Virus record (IMG/VR): IMGVR_UViG_2585427741_000004
Location: 1 to 6,654 of that record
Length of the DNA stretch: 6,654 nucleotides
Source: a virus
Taxonomy: Duplodnaviria > Heunggongvirae > Uroviricota > Caudoviricetes
Strand: one strand, 5' to 3'
Below the pieces are notes generated by a model. It ran no database searches, had not been told where the DNA came from, and saw nothing but the letters and a program-made list of their open reading frames with translations. Every line of letters begins with the position of its first letter. The first letter of the stretch is position 1. The position numbers and the translations under genes were made by a program. Below, piece after piece: positions 1 to 6,654 of this stretch.

Positions 1-603
1 GCTTATTACAACATAAGGCAGGAGTTTAATTACTCAACTGAAATTACTGATTTCATGAAAGCGGTATATTTCCTGTATCTCAATCGTCACGGTTACCGTG
101 GTTTATGTCGCTATAACAAGAGCGGGCATTTCAACATTCCCTACGGTAATTATAAAAATCCGTATTTCCCTGAAAAAGAAATTCGCGCATTTGCAGAAAA
201 GGCCCAGCGAGCAACGTTTATCTGCGCCAGCTTTGATGAAACGCTGGCGATGTTGAAGGCGGGGGATGTGGTGTATTGCGATCCGCCGTATGACGGCACG
301 TTTTCCGGTTATCACACTGACGGCTTCACTGAAGATGACCAGTATCACCTGGCATCCGTTCTTGAATATCGATCATCAGAAGGTCATCCGGTCATTGTTT
401 CTAACAGTGACACATCCCTGATCCGTTCGCTGTATCGCAATTTCACTCACCACTACATCAAGGCAAAACGCAGCATCGGCGTGTCAGCTGGCGAGAGTAA
501 ATCTGCAACAGAAATCATTGCTGTTTCCGGGTCGCGCTGCTGGATGGGATTTGATCCTTCGCGTGGCGTGGATAGTTCTGCTGTGTACGAGGTGCGTGTA
601 TGA
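1..603 (+). CDS. dam: DNA adenine methyltransferase (Dam family, GATC N6-adenine MTase), 5'-truncated by the window edge
   Basis: Frame 1 is open from base 1 (no stop before the first Met at 55), so the gene starts upstream of the window. The translation closely parallels E. coli Dam as I recall it: [16 protein letters not shown]...FNIPYG.YK.PYFPEKE...FAEKAQ, then the catalytic motif IV DPPY (nt 277-288), then the HTDGFT and VIVSNSDT blocks. Stop TGA at 601-603. Confidence 0.88.
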   Translation, partial: AYYNIRQEFNYSTEITDFMKAVYFLYLNRHGYRGLCRYNKSGHFNIPYGNYKNPYFPEKEIRAFAEKAQRATFICASFDETLAMLKAGDVVYCDPPYDGTFSGYHTDGFTEDDQYHLASVLEYRSSEGHPVIVSNSDTSLIRSLYRNFTHHYIKAKRSIGVSAGESKSATEIIAVSGSRCWMGFDPSRGVDSSAVYEVRV

Positions 604-3014
604 GTCATGACGATATGAGCAACTCTAGCGGCTTTAACGAGGCTGCCGCAGCATTTTCATGGAACGGCCCGAAAAAGGCCATTAACCCTTATCTGGATCC
701 GGCGGAAGTTGCGCCGGAGTCTGCACTTTCAAACCTGATCACTCTGTACGCTGCCGATAACGAGCAGGAACAACTGCGCCGCGAGGCACTGAGTGAGCAG
801 GTCTGGGAGCGTTATTTCTTTAATGAATCCCGTGATCCTGTCCAGCGCGAAATGGAGCAGGATAAGCTCATTAGCCGGGCAAAGCTGGCGCATGAGCAGC
901 AGCGTTTTAACCCGGACATGGTCATTCTGGCAGATGTCAGCGCCCAGCCTTCTCATATCAGCAAGCCGCTGATGCAACGTATCGAATACTTCAGCAGCCT
1001 GGGCAGGCCAAAGGCTTATTCCCGCTATTTGCGTGAGACGATTAAGCCATGTCTGGAGCGACTGGATTGTGTACGTGACAGTCAGCTATCTGTTTCTTTC
1101 CGTTTTATGGCAAGCCATCAAGGGCTGGAGGGGCTGCTGATCCTGCCTGAAATGAGCCAGGATCAGGTGAAACGCCTGTCCACCCTGGTAGCAGCGCATA
1201 TGAGCATGTGTCTTGAGGCCGCTTGTGGTGATTTGTACGCCACCGATGACGTTAAGCCAGAAGAAATCCGCAAGACATGGGAAAAGGTGGCTGCGGAAAC
1301 CCTGCGTCTGGATGTTATCCCGCCTGCGTTTGAGAAACTTCGTCGGAAAAGAAACCGCCGCAAACCTGTGCCCTATGAACTCATACCGGGTTCGCTGGCA
1401 CGTATGCTTTGCGCCGACTGGTGGTATCGAAAATTGTGGAAGATGCGTTGCGAATGGCGGGAAGAGCAGTTGCGTGCTGTCTGTCTGGTCAGCAAAAAAG
1501 CATCTCCCTATGTCAGCTATGAAGCAGTGACGCATAAACGTGAGCAGCGCCGCAAGTCGCTGGAGTTTTTCCGTTCTCATGAACTGGTGAACGAAGACGG
1601 AGACACGCTGGATATGGAAGATGTGGTAAACGCCAGCAGCAGCAACCCGGCACATCGCCGCAATGAGATGATGGCCTGCGTTAAAGGTCTGGAGCTTATC
1701 GCGGAAATGCGCGGTGACTGCGCCGTTTTCTACACCATCACCTGTCCGTCACGTTTCCATTCCACGCTCAATAACGGCAGACCAAACCCGACCTGGACAA
1801 ATGCGACGGTAAGACAAAGCAGTGATTATCTGGTCGGCATGTTTGCTGCATTTCGTAAGGCGATGCACAAAGCCGGATTGCGGTGGTATGGCGTGCGGGT
1901 GGCTGAGCCGCATCATGACGGTACTGTGCACTGGCATCTCATGTGCTTCATGCGTAAAAAAGACCGCCGCGCCATCACTGCATTACTGCGTAAGTTTGCC
2001 ATCCGTGAAGACCGCGAGGAACTGGGCAATAACACGGGGCCACGCTTTAAGTCTGAGCTGATTAACCCGCGCAAAGGAACGCCGACAAGCTACATCGCGA
2101 AATACATCAGTAAGAACATTGACGGGCGTGGTCTGGCTGGCGAGATCAGCAAGGAAACGGGTAAATCTCTGCGTGATAACGCTGAATACGTTAATGCCTG
2201 GGCGTCTCTGCATCGTGTTCAGCAATTCCGCTTCTTTGGCATTCCGGGGCGTCAGGCTTACCGTGAACTGCGATTGCTGGCTGGTCAGGCGGCAAGGCAA
2301 CAGGGTGACAAAAAAGCAGGTGCACCGGTACTGGATAACCCGCGCCTTGATGCCATTCTGGCTGCAGCTGATGCTGGTTGTTTTGCCACCTACATCATGA
2401 AGCAGGGCGGCGTACTGGTTCCCCGTAAATATCACCTCATCAGAACCGCTTATGAAATCAACGAAGAGCCGACCGCCTATGGCGATCACGGCATTCGTAT
2501 TTATGGCATCTGGTCACCCATTGCAGAGGGTAAGATCTGCACTCATGCAGTGAAGTGGAAAATGGTTCGTAAGGCCGTTGACGTTCAGGAGGCGGCAGCC
2601 GACCAGGGCGCTTGCGCCCCTTGGACTCGTGGCAATAACTGTCCCCTTGCTGAAAATTTGAACCAACAGGAGAAAGATAAATCAGCTGATGGGGACACCA
2701 GAACGGATATTACCCGCATGGATGACAGGGAGTTGCACGATTACCTGCACAGTATGAACAAAAAAGAGCGCCGGGAACTGGCTGCAAGGTTACGTCTGGT
2801 GAAACCGAAACGGCGTAGAGACTACAAACAGCGAATTACAGACCATCAACGACAGCAGCTCGTCTATGAACTGAAGTCCAGAGGATTTGATGGCAGCGAG
2901 AAAGAGGTCGATTTACTCCTTCGCGGCGGCAGTATTCCATCAGGAGCAGGCTTGCGTATCTTCTATCGGAACCAGCGTCTGAAGGAAGATGATAAGTGGC
3001 GGAACCTGTATTAA
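600..3014 (+). CDS. A: Phage replication initiation endonuclease, P2 gpA-like (HUH rolling-circle initiator), 804 aa
   Basis: 2415-nt ORF. The ATG at 600 overlaps the dam stop (ATGA at 600-603) and has a GAGG Shine-Dalgarno at 589-592 with a 7-nt spacer. The translation carries an HUH-type metal-binding motif, VHWHLMCFM (HWH at nt 1929-1937, residues 444-446), and a paired-tyrosine motif, [12 protein letters not shown] (Tyr at nt 2091-2093 and 2103-2105, residues 498 and 502, Y-x-x-x-Y). These are the hallmarks of phiX174 gpA / P2 gpA superfamily nicking initiators. Size and position match P2/186 gene A. The start could alternatively be the Met at 615. Confidence 0.85.
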   Translation: MSHDDMSNSSGFNEAAAAFSWNGPKKAINPYLDPAEVAPESALSNLITLYAADNEQEQLRREALSEQVWERYFFNESRDPVQREMEQDKLISRAKLAHEQQRFNPDMVILADVSAQPSHISKPLMQRIEYFSSLGRPKAYSRYLRETIKPCLERLDCVRDSQLSVSFRFMASHQGLEGLLILPEMSQDQVKRLSTLVAAHMSMCLEAACGDLYATDDVKPEEIRKTWEKVAAETLRLDVIPPAFEKLRRKRNRRKPVPYELIPGSLARMLCADWWYRKLWKMRCEWREEQLRAVCLVSKKASPYVSYEAVTHKREQRRKSLEFFRSHELVNEDGDTLDMEDVVNASSSNPAHRRNEMMACVKGLELIAEMRGDCAVFYTITCPSRFHSTLNNGRPNPTWTNATVRQSSDYLVGMFAAFRKAMHKAGLRWYGVRVAEPHHDGTVHWHLMCFMRKKDRRAITALLRKFAIREDREELGNNTGPRFKSELINPRKGTPTSYIAKYISKNIDGRGLAGEISKETGKSLRDNAEYVNAWASLHRVQQFRFFGIPGRQAYRELRLLAGQAARQQGDKKAGAPVLDNPRLDAILAAADAGCFATYIMKQGGVLVPRKYHLIRTAYEINEEPTAYGDHGIRIYGIWSPIAEGKICTHAVKWKMVRKAVDVQEAAADQGACAPWTRGNNCPLAENLNQQEKDKSADGDTRTDITRMDDRELHDYLHSMNKKERRELAARLRLVKPKRRRDYKQRITDHQRQQLVYELKSRGFDGSEKEVDLLLRGGSIPSGAGLRIFYRNQRLKEDDKWRNLY

Positions 3015-3083
3015 TTACGCGGGTTAACAATTCGTGCTCTTAATAATACCAGGAATATCAGGCCGATGAACGTAAAAAAACGT

Positions 3084-3110
3084 TTTACATCAGTAAGATT
3101 ATTATATACT
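3084..3110 (+). promoter_or_regulatory. Putative sigma70 promoter for the orf62-dinI cassette (-35 TTTACA at 3084-3089, -10 TATACT at 3105-3110)
   Basis: The -35-like hexamer TTTACA and -10-like hexamer TATACT lie in the AT-rich gap about 60 nt upstream of the orf62 start. The spacer is 15 nt, shorter than the optimal 17. The LexA box overlaps the -10 and the presumed start site. Exact hexamer assignment is uncertain. Confidence 0.35.
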
Positions 3111-3126
3111 GTAAATATAAACAGTG
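3107..3126 (+). promoter_or_regulatory. LexA operator (SOS box)
   Basis: TACTGTAAATATAAACAGTG has perfect CTGT (3109-3112) and ACAG (3121-3124) arms separated by an 8-nt AT-only spacer. It matches the E. coli LexA consensus TACTGTATATATATACAGTA at 17 of 20 positions, and it overlaps the putative -10. Confidence 0.75.
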
Positions 3127-3166
3127 GTTATGTATACAGTATTGCTTTGGTGTCATAGGAGGAAAG

Positions 3167-3355
3167 ATGCAGGACTATTTTTTGGAGTCTTTGAAGCTCC
3201 AGCGCATTGATTTTTTTCTTAAGCTTGTAGCGGCTAGTGAGTGTAGTGATGAAGAGAAGGGGCTGGCTCTGCAGTGGGTTTCTGAATTAACTGATGAACT
3301 CATGGCAAAAATCAGAACCCATGAATACAACCGCTCAATGGATGTCATCAGTTGA
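3167..3355 (+). CDS. Hypothetical small protein (62 aa), first gene of the SOS-controlled cassette
   Basis: ATG at 3167 is preceded by a strong Shine-Dalgarno AGGAGG at 3157-3162 (4-nt spacer). It sits immediately downstream of the LexA box and promoter and is followed 11 nt later by the DinI-like gene. The translation is acidic (SDEEKG, SELTDELMAK) and I recognise no family motif. Confidence 0.55.
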   Translation: MQDYFLESLKLQRIDFFLKLVAASECSDEEKGLALQWVSELTDELMAKIRTHEYNRSMDVIS

Positions 3356-3366
3356 GGTGACTTTTT

Positions 3367-3600
3367 ATGCGCATTGAAATAATGATCGATAAAGAGCAGA
3401 AGATTAGCCAGTCTACCCTGGACGCCCTTGAATACGAGCTTTACCGCAATCTGCGCCCCCTATATCCAAAAACGGTAATTCGCATCCGCAAAGGTAGCTC
3501 TAACGGTGTGGAACTGACCGGACTGCAACTGGACGAAGAAAGGAAGCAAGTGATGAAAATTATGCAGAAAGTGTGGGAAGACGACAGCTGGCTGCATTAA
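3367..3600 (+). CDS. dinI: DinI-family protein (DNA-damage-inducible protein I-like), 77 aa
   Basis: The translation MRIEIMIDKEQ...LDALEYELYRNL...YP...VIRIRKGS...ELTGLQLDEERKQVMKIMQKVWEDDSWLH aligns along its whole length with E. coli DinI as I recall it (MRIEVTIAKT...IDALAGELSRRI...FP...VSVRY...TKEDKQRISEILQETWESADDWFVSE). A GAGGTG Shine-Dalgarno lies about 8 nt upstream. A LexA box upstream is what a DinI-family gene is expected to have. Confidence 0.82.
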   Translation: MRIEIMIDKEQKISQSTLDALEYELYRNLRPLYPKTVIRIRKGSSNGVELTGLQLDEERKQVMKIMQKVWEDDSWLH

Positions 3601-3734
3601 GAAACGTTGCTGGCGTCTGAACTTGCTTCTGGCGTCAGCAAGGTTGAACAACGAGCTGTGCGAGGCGTTAGCTCTGTGGTGCATGTCTATACCGCATGAG
3701 ATCGCATGATCGTTTGAGGATCGTTTTTGCTCAG

Positions 3735-3758
3735 GCCCGCCAGAACTGGCGGGCTTTT
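3735..3758 (+). terminator. Rho-independent terminator closing the orf62-dinI cassette
   Basis: A perfect 9-bp GC-rich stem, GCCCGCCAG (3735-3743) and CTGGCGGGC (3746-3754), with a 2-nt AA loop, followed directly by TTTT (3755-3758). Confidence 0.75.
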
Positions 3759-3803
3759 GCGTAGATCATGCAGGTGCATGAAAACCACTACATAAAGCGG
3801 GCA

Positions 3804-3822
3804 GGCGTGGCGGGGATACGAG
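3804..3822. other. Candidate cos (cohesive end) site of a P2/186-like phage
   Basis: GGCGTGGCGGGGATACGAG is a 19-nt GC-rich motif in the non-coding gap between convergent terminators, exactly where P2-family phages place cos (between the right-end accessory genes and Q). From memory the P2 cohesive end is GGCGAGGCGGGGAAAGCAC and the 186 end begins GGCGTGGCGGGGA. The first 13 nt here match that pattern. The comparison relies on recalled sequences and was not computed. Confidence 0.5.
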
Positions 3823-3910
3823 CGCGCGCAACGGGGTAAAATGGCCAAAATCCGGCACAGCCTCTGGCCCGCTGGCGGCCTCATTTAGTGGAGGGGGGGA
3901 GATGTCAGGG

Positions 3911-3947
3911 CAAAAAGAAACGCCCCGCAGAATGCTGCTGAGGCGTT
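3911..3947 (-). terminator. Putative rho-independent terminator downstream of the portal gene (- strand)
   Basis: On the - strand, a hairpin with AACGCC / GGCGTT outer arms (+ coordinates 3919-3947, with an inner GCAG/CTGC stem) is followed by a T-rich run TCTTTTT (the + strand A-run at 3911-3918). It lies about 36 nt past the Q stop codon. The stem is imperfect. Confidence 0.45.
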
Positions 3948-3982
3948 GTGAGAGTTGGTCGGTTATTGATGTTATGAGTATG

Positions 3983-5023
3983 TCAGCTTCGTTTGCCCTT
4001 AAGTCCTAAGTCATAGGCTTCAAAACGGATAACCTCTTCATCCAGCCAGTCATTCAGCTCCTGCAGTCGCTTTTGCAGGGGCATCAGTTCATTGCGGACG
4101 AAGACACGGCTCGCTTTTTCCACATCCCCAAAGCCGCCAGTGTTGTTGGGAATGATGCCCATCATTTGCGGCGGTACGCGGTGAGCCGCCATCATGTCAT
4201 CGCGGCTGACGTTCTTGATGTTCAGAAATTCATCCTTCGCCGCGACTTCCGACAACGGGATAATCTGAATGCCATCTTTTTTGCCGTTAGGCGAGTACAT
4301 AAACAGGTTGCGGAAGTTGCCCGGTCCTTTAGCACTTTTCATTGCCTTGCGGATGTTGTTCACATCCTCCTGGTTCTGTGCGGCGTCGGTCATGTACATG
4401 ATGAAGCCTGCGTGGCTGCCGTTAATGTAATACTTGCGGCGGAACAGCGTGGCGGATTCGTTGAGCAGAGCTGACGGAATGGCAGAAAGGTAACCCGGCA
4501 GACCATAAATCTCCTGGTTGATATCCGGCTCCATCAGGTGGAAGACGTTACCTTTTGTGAACTGATACGGCTGTGTCGTCAGGCTGTATTGCACAAACCA
4601 GTATGTTTCAAGGTCAAGCCCGCGTCGGGTGTATTTTGCCAGTGCAGGCTCCAGCGAAATAACTTCACCAAAGCGGTTCGTGCGTTTCTCCAGGTAGGCG
4701 TTACCAAAAACCAGATAGTCCTGCACAAAACGGGTAAATGCCTGCTGGCTGAGAAGGCGATGTGGAATATAGGTACTGCTGATAATGTCACGCTTAACAC
4801 TGATCGGGGAGCTGTGGTGCACGGCGGCGCGGAAGGTGCGCGCCAGTCCGTCAAAGCTGACGGGCGGCTCATACCAGCGATCCATCTGTACGCATTCCAC
4901 ATAGTCCAGCAGTTCGCGGCGGTCCAGTACAGGAATGGGATCACCAAAGCTGAAAGCCTCCGCAACGGGTTTTTTAGTTTCTTCTGCAGTTACGGTTTCG
5001 CCTGGCGCGATATGTTCTTTCAT
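3983..5023 (-). CDS. Q: Phage portal protein (P2 gpQ-like), about 346 aa
   Basis: Large - strand ORF whose size and position (immediately downstream of the large terminase gene, next to cos) match the portal gene Q of P2-family phages. The likely start is the ATG at 5023-5021 (MKEHIAPGE...). The ORF track begins one codon upstream at a TTG. The start overlaps the terminase stop (ATGA). Confidence 0.78.
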   Translation of the reverse strand: MKEHIAPGETVTAEETKKPVAEAFSFGDPIPVLDRRELLDYVECVQMDRWYEPPVSFDGLARTFRAAVHHSSPISVKRDIISSTYIPHRLLSQQAFTRFVQDYLVFGNAYLEKRTNRFGEVISLEPALAKYTRRGLDLETYWFVQYSLTTQPYQFTKGNVFHLMEPDINQEIYGLPGYLSAIPSALLNESATLFRRKYYINGSHAGFIMYMTDAAQNQEDVNNIRKAMKSAKGPGNFRNLFMYSPNGKKDGIQIIPLSEVAAKDEFLNIKNVSRDDMMAAHRVPPQMMGIIPNNTGGFGDVEKASRVFVRNELMPLQKRLQELNDWLDEEVIRFEAYDLGLKGKRS

Positions 5024-6654
5024 CAAAAAATCTCCACAATATTGCTGGTATTGGCGGACTCGCCCTGCAGCGGTTCGTTAAACAGTGCGTGCATTGTTGC
5101 CCAGGCCAGATCGGCATGGCTGGCTTCTTCGCTGCGGCTGGCTTCATAGGTCGGGCGGTTGCCACTGGCAGTGGTAGCGCGACGGATTGCCATAAATGAC
5201 TGCGCAATGTCGGTGTGCCCGGCGTCAAACTCCAGACGGCGGTGGCTGATAATGTCGTAGGCCTTGAGTACCAGGGCGTTTTTAACGTTGGGGTTGTAGA
5301 CAAACTCCCTGACGGCAGGAAAAAACGCTTTCACGTTCTCGTAAACCCCGTGACCGACGCCGGTCGAGTCGATGCCGATATAGGTCACGTTGTACTGTTC
5401 GGTCAGTTTTTTGATGGCGTCAGCCTGGGCGCGGAAGTCCATTCCGCGCCACTGGTGACGCTCAAGAATGCGGAACTTACCGCCCGGCACGGCTGGCGGC
5501 GCCACCACCACGCATCCGGCGCTGTCGCCGTTCTGCGTACCTTTCGCCGGGTCATAACCGATCCACACTTCGCGCCAGCCAAACGGGCGCAGGGCCAGTG
5601 CATGAAAGTCGGTCCAGACTTCCCAACTGTCCACCATGCACGCCTGCAGCTCGCTGAGTGGGAACACAGACGCGAGATCGTCCACGAACTCACACATCAG
5701 CAGGTTCTGGTATTCGTCCGGGCTGTACTCCATGCGCAACTGGTCGAGGTCGAACAGGTTACAGCCGCCGCGCACCGCATCTTCCACAGTGACTATCTGG
5801 CGGTACTGCCCGTCTGCGCACAGCAGGCCGGGGGCCAGATTGCTGTGGGACCGGTCGATGTCCACCTTATCGGCTTTGTTGCGCCCTCGGTTGAACAGCG
5901 CACCGGACCAGAACGGATAAGCACTGTGTGTCAGGCTGGATGGCGTGGAAAAATAGGTTTGTCGCCATTTTTTGTGAATAGCCATACCGGAAGCCACTTT
6001 GCGCAGCTCCTGGAATTTCGGTATCCAGAAATATTCATCCAGATACAGGTTGCCGTGGTAACTCTGGGCCGTGCGGGCATTGGTGCCGAGGAAGTACAGC
6101 GTGGCCCCGTTAGGAAGCACCATCGGATCGCCTTTCAGCTCCACCTCCACTTCTTTGGCGAAGTCGATGATGTACTGCTTAAAGACGTGGGCCTGAGCCT
6201 TGCTGGCGGAAAGGAAAATCTGGTTACGCCCGGTTAGCAGGGCGTCAATCAGGGCTTCACGGGCAAAATAGAAGGTCGCACCGATCTGGCGTGACTTCAG
6301 CAGGTTGCGGATGCGGTTGGTTTTTCCGGCTTCCCACCAGTGGCGCTGGTAGTTGAACATGGAGGAATGGAAGATTTCTTCCAGCTTCTCAATCTGTTCA
6401 TCGGTGAAAACGTTCTTTTCCGGCTGACGACGCGGGCCTTTGTTGCGGTTGGCGACGTTAGGGTTTAAGTCGGCTTCGTTGCCGCCATTGTTAAACTTGC
6501 CGATCCGCGCATGGCGCTCCGACTGGCGCGCCAGCAGGTCAATCTCTTTGAAATCTTTCCCTTCTTTGTGCTCCTTCATAATGAGCTGGCAGTAGCGTGC
6601 GGCGGTGGTGAGCTGCATCTGATCCAGCGGCCCATAGTCACCCCACTTGTCGCG
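5023..6654 (-). CDS. P: Terminase large (ATPase) subunit, P2 gpP-like, N-terminus beyond the window
   Basis: The - strand frame is open from the window edge (6654) to a TGA stop at 5025-5023. The 12 codons upstream of the first in-window Met (6618) contain no stop, so the true start lies outside the window. Gene order P then Q on the same strand, with coupled stop/start, matches the P2 late operon. The assignment rests on size, synteny and overall resemblance to P2-family terminases; I did not verify a Walker motif. Confidence 0.75.
   Translation of the reverse strand, partial: RDKWGDYGPLDQMQLTTAARYCQLIMKEHKEGKDFKEIDLLARQSERHARIGKFNNGGNEADLNPNVANRNKGPRRQPEKNVFTDEQIEKLEEIFHSSMFNYQRHWWEAGKTNRIRNLLKSRQIGATFYFAREALIDALLTGRNQIFLSASKAQAHVFKQYIIDFAKEVEVELKGDPMVLPNGATLYFLGTNARTAQSYHGNLYLDEYFWIPKFQELRKVASGMAIHKKWRQTYFSTPSSLTHSAYPFWSGALFNRGRNKADKVDIDRSHSNLAPGLLCADGQYRQIVTVEDAVRGGCNLFDLDQLRMEYSPDEYQNLLMCEFVDDLASVFPLSELQACMVDSWEVWTDFHALALRPFGWREVWIGYDPAKGTQNGDSAGCVVVAPPAVPGGKFRILERHQWRGMDFRAQADAIKKLTEQYNVTYIGIDSTGVGHGVYENVKAFFPAVREFVYNPNVKNALVLKAYDIISHRRLEFDAGHTDIAQSFMAIRRATTASGNRPTYEASRSEEASHADLAWATMHALFNEPLQGESANTSNIVEIF

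Noticed and set aside
103-348. 81-aa ORF on the - strand inside dam
   Set aside because: Antisense to the clearly recognisable Dam coding sequence.
1086-1655. 189-aa ORF on the - strand inside gene A (also 729-977, 1163-1363, 1749-1937 and 1983-2489 on the - strand, and 1213-1530, 1822-2061 and 2119-2400 on the + strand in other frames)
   Set aside because: All lie antisense to or out of frame within the confidently assigned replication-initiator gene. Their translations have no recognisable motifs and no convincing ribosome-binding sites. They are typical chance ORFs in GC-rich coding DNA.
3066-3086. AACG-A7-CGTT palindrome-like element after gene A, considered as a terminator
   Set aside because: The stem is only 4 bp with an A-rich loop. 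It is more likely part of the AT-rich promoter/UP-element region than a terminator.
3131-3141. Possible second LexA half-site (GTATACAGTA) just downstream of the main SOS box
   Set aside because: Only the ACAG arm is present. The position where the partner CTGT should lie (3124-3127) reads GTGG, so it is not a complete operator.
3606-3641. Direct repeat CTGGCGTC (3610-3617 and 3629-3636) and a weak TTGCTG/CAGCAA inverted repeat after the dinI-like stop
   Set aside because: Short (8 bp), with a long irregular loop and no following T-run. It could be chance or part of extended cos-flanking sequence, and is not enough to call a terminator, an sRNA or a binding site.
3460-3684. 74-aa ORF on the - strand overlapping the DinI-like gene
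   Set aside because: Antisense to a gene with a clear full-length family match, with no independent support.
3687-3884. 65-aa ORF on the - strand spanning the terminator and the candidate cos site
   Set aside because: It runs straight through the rho-independent terminator hairpin and the GC-rich cos-like motif. It has no ribosome-binding site and an Arg/Pro-rich translation. It is more plausibly non-coding packaging and termination DNA.
5215-6237. 340-aa ORF on the + strand, antisense to the terminase gene (also 4073-4474 and 4538-5149 on the + strand, and 4579-4965, 4974-5303 and 5403-5693 on the - strand in other frames)
   Set aside because: Fully contained within or overlapping the portal and terminase coding sequences, whose own frames give coherent, recognisable proteins. 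The translations are low-complexity and Arg/Ala/Val-rich, characteristic of non-coding frames of GC-rich genes.

Overview
This window reads as a segment of a P2/186-family temperate phage or prophage of an enterobacterial host, spanning the junction between the early/replication region and the packaging genes across a candidate cos site. On the + strand: the 3' part of a Dam-type GATC adenine methyltransferase gene (1-603, 5' end outside the window), translationally coupled to a large HUH rolling-circle replication initiator of the P2 gpA type (600-3014). An AT-rich gap follows, carrying a near-consensus LexA (SOS) box over a promoter-like sequence. This precedes a two-gene cassette: an unassigned 62-aa ORF (3167-3355) and a 77-aa DinI-family protein (3367-3600), closed by a clean rho-independent terminator. 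After a non-coding stretch with a GATC cluster and a 19-nt GC-rich motif resembling the P2/186 cohesive end, the - strand carries the portal gene (gpQ-like, 3983-5023) and the large terminase subunit gene (gpP-like, 5023 to beyond 6654). The most interesting part is the variable cargo slot between gene A and cos, which here holds an SOS-controlled small-protein module rather than a large defence system. All assignments rest on reading the translations and motifs by eye; no database search was run.
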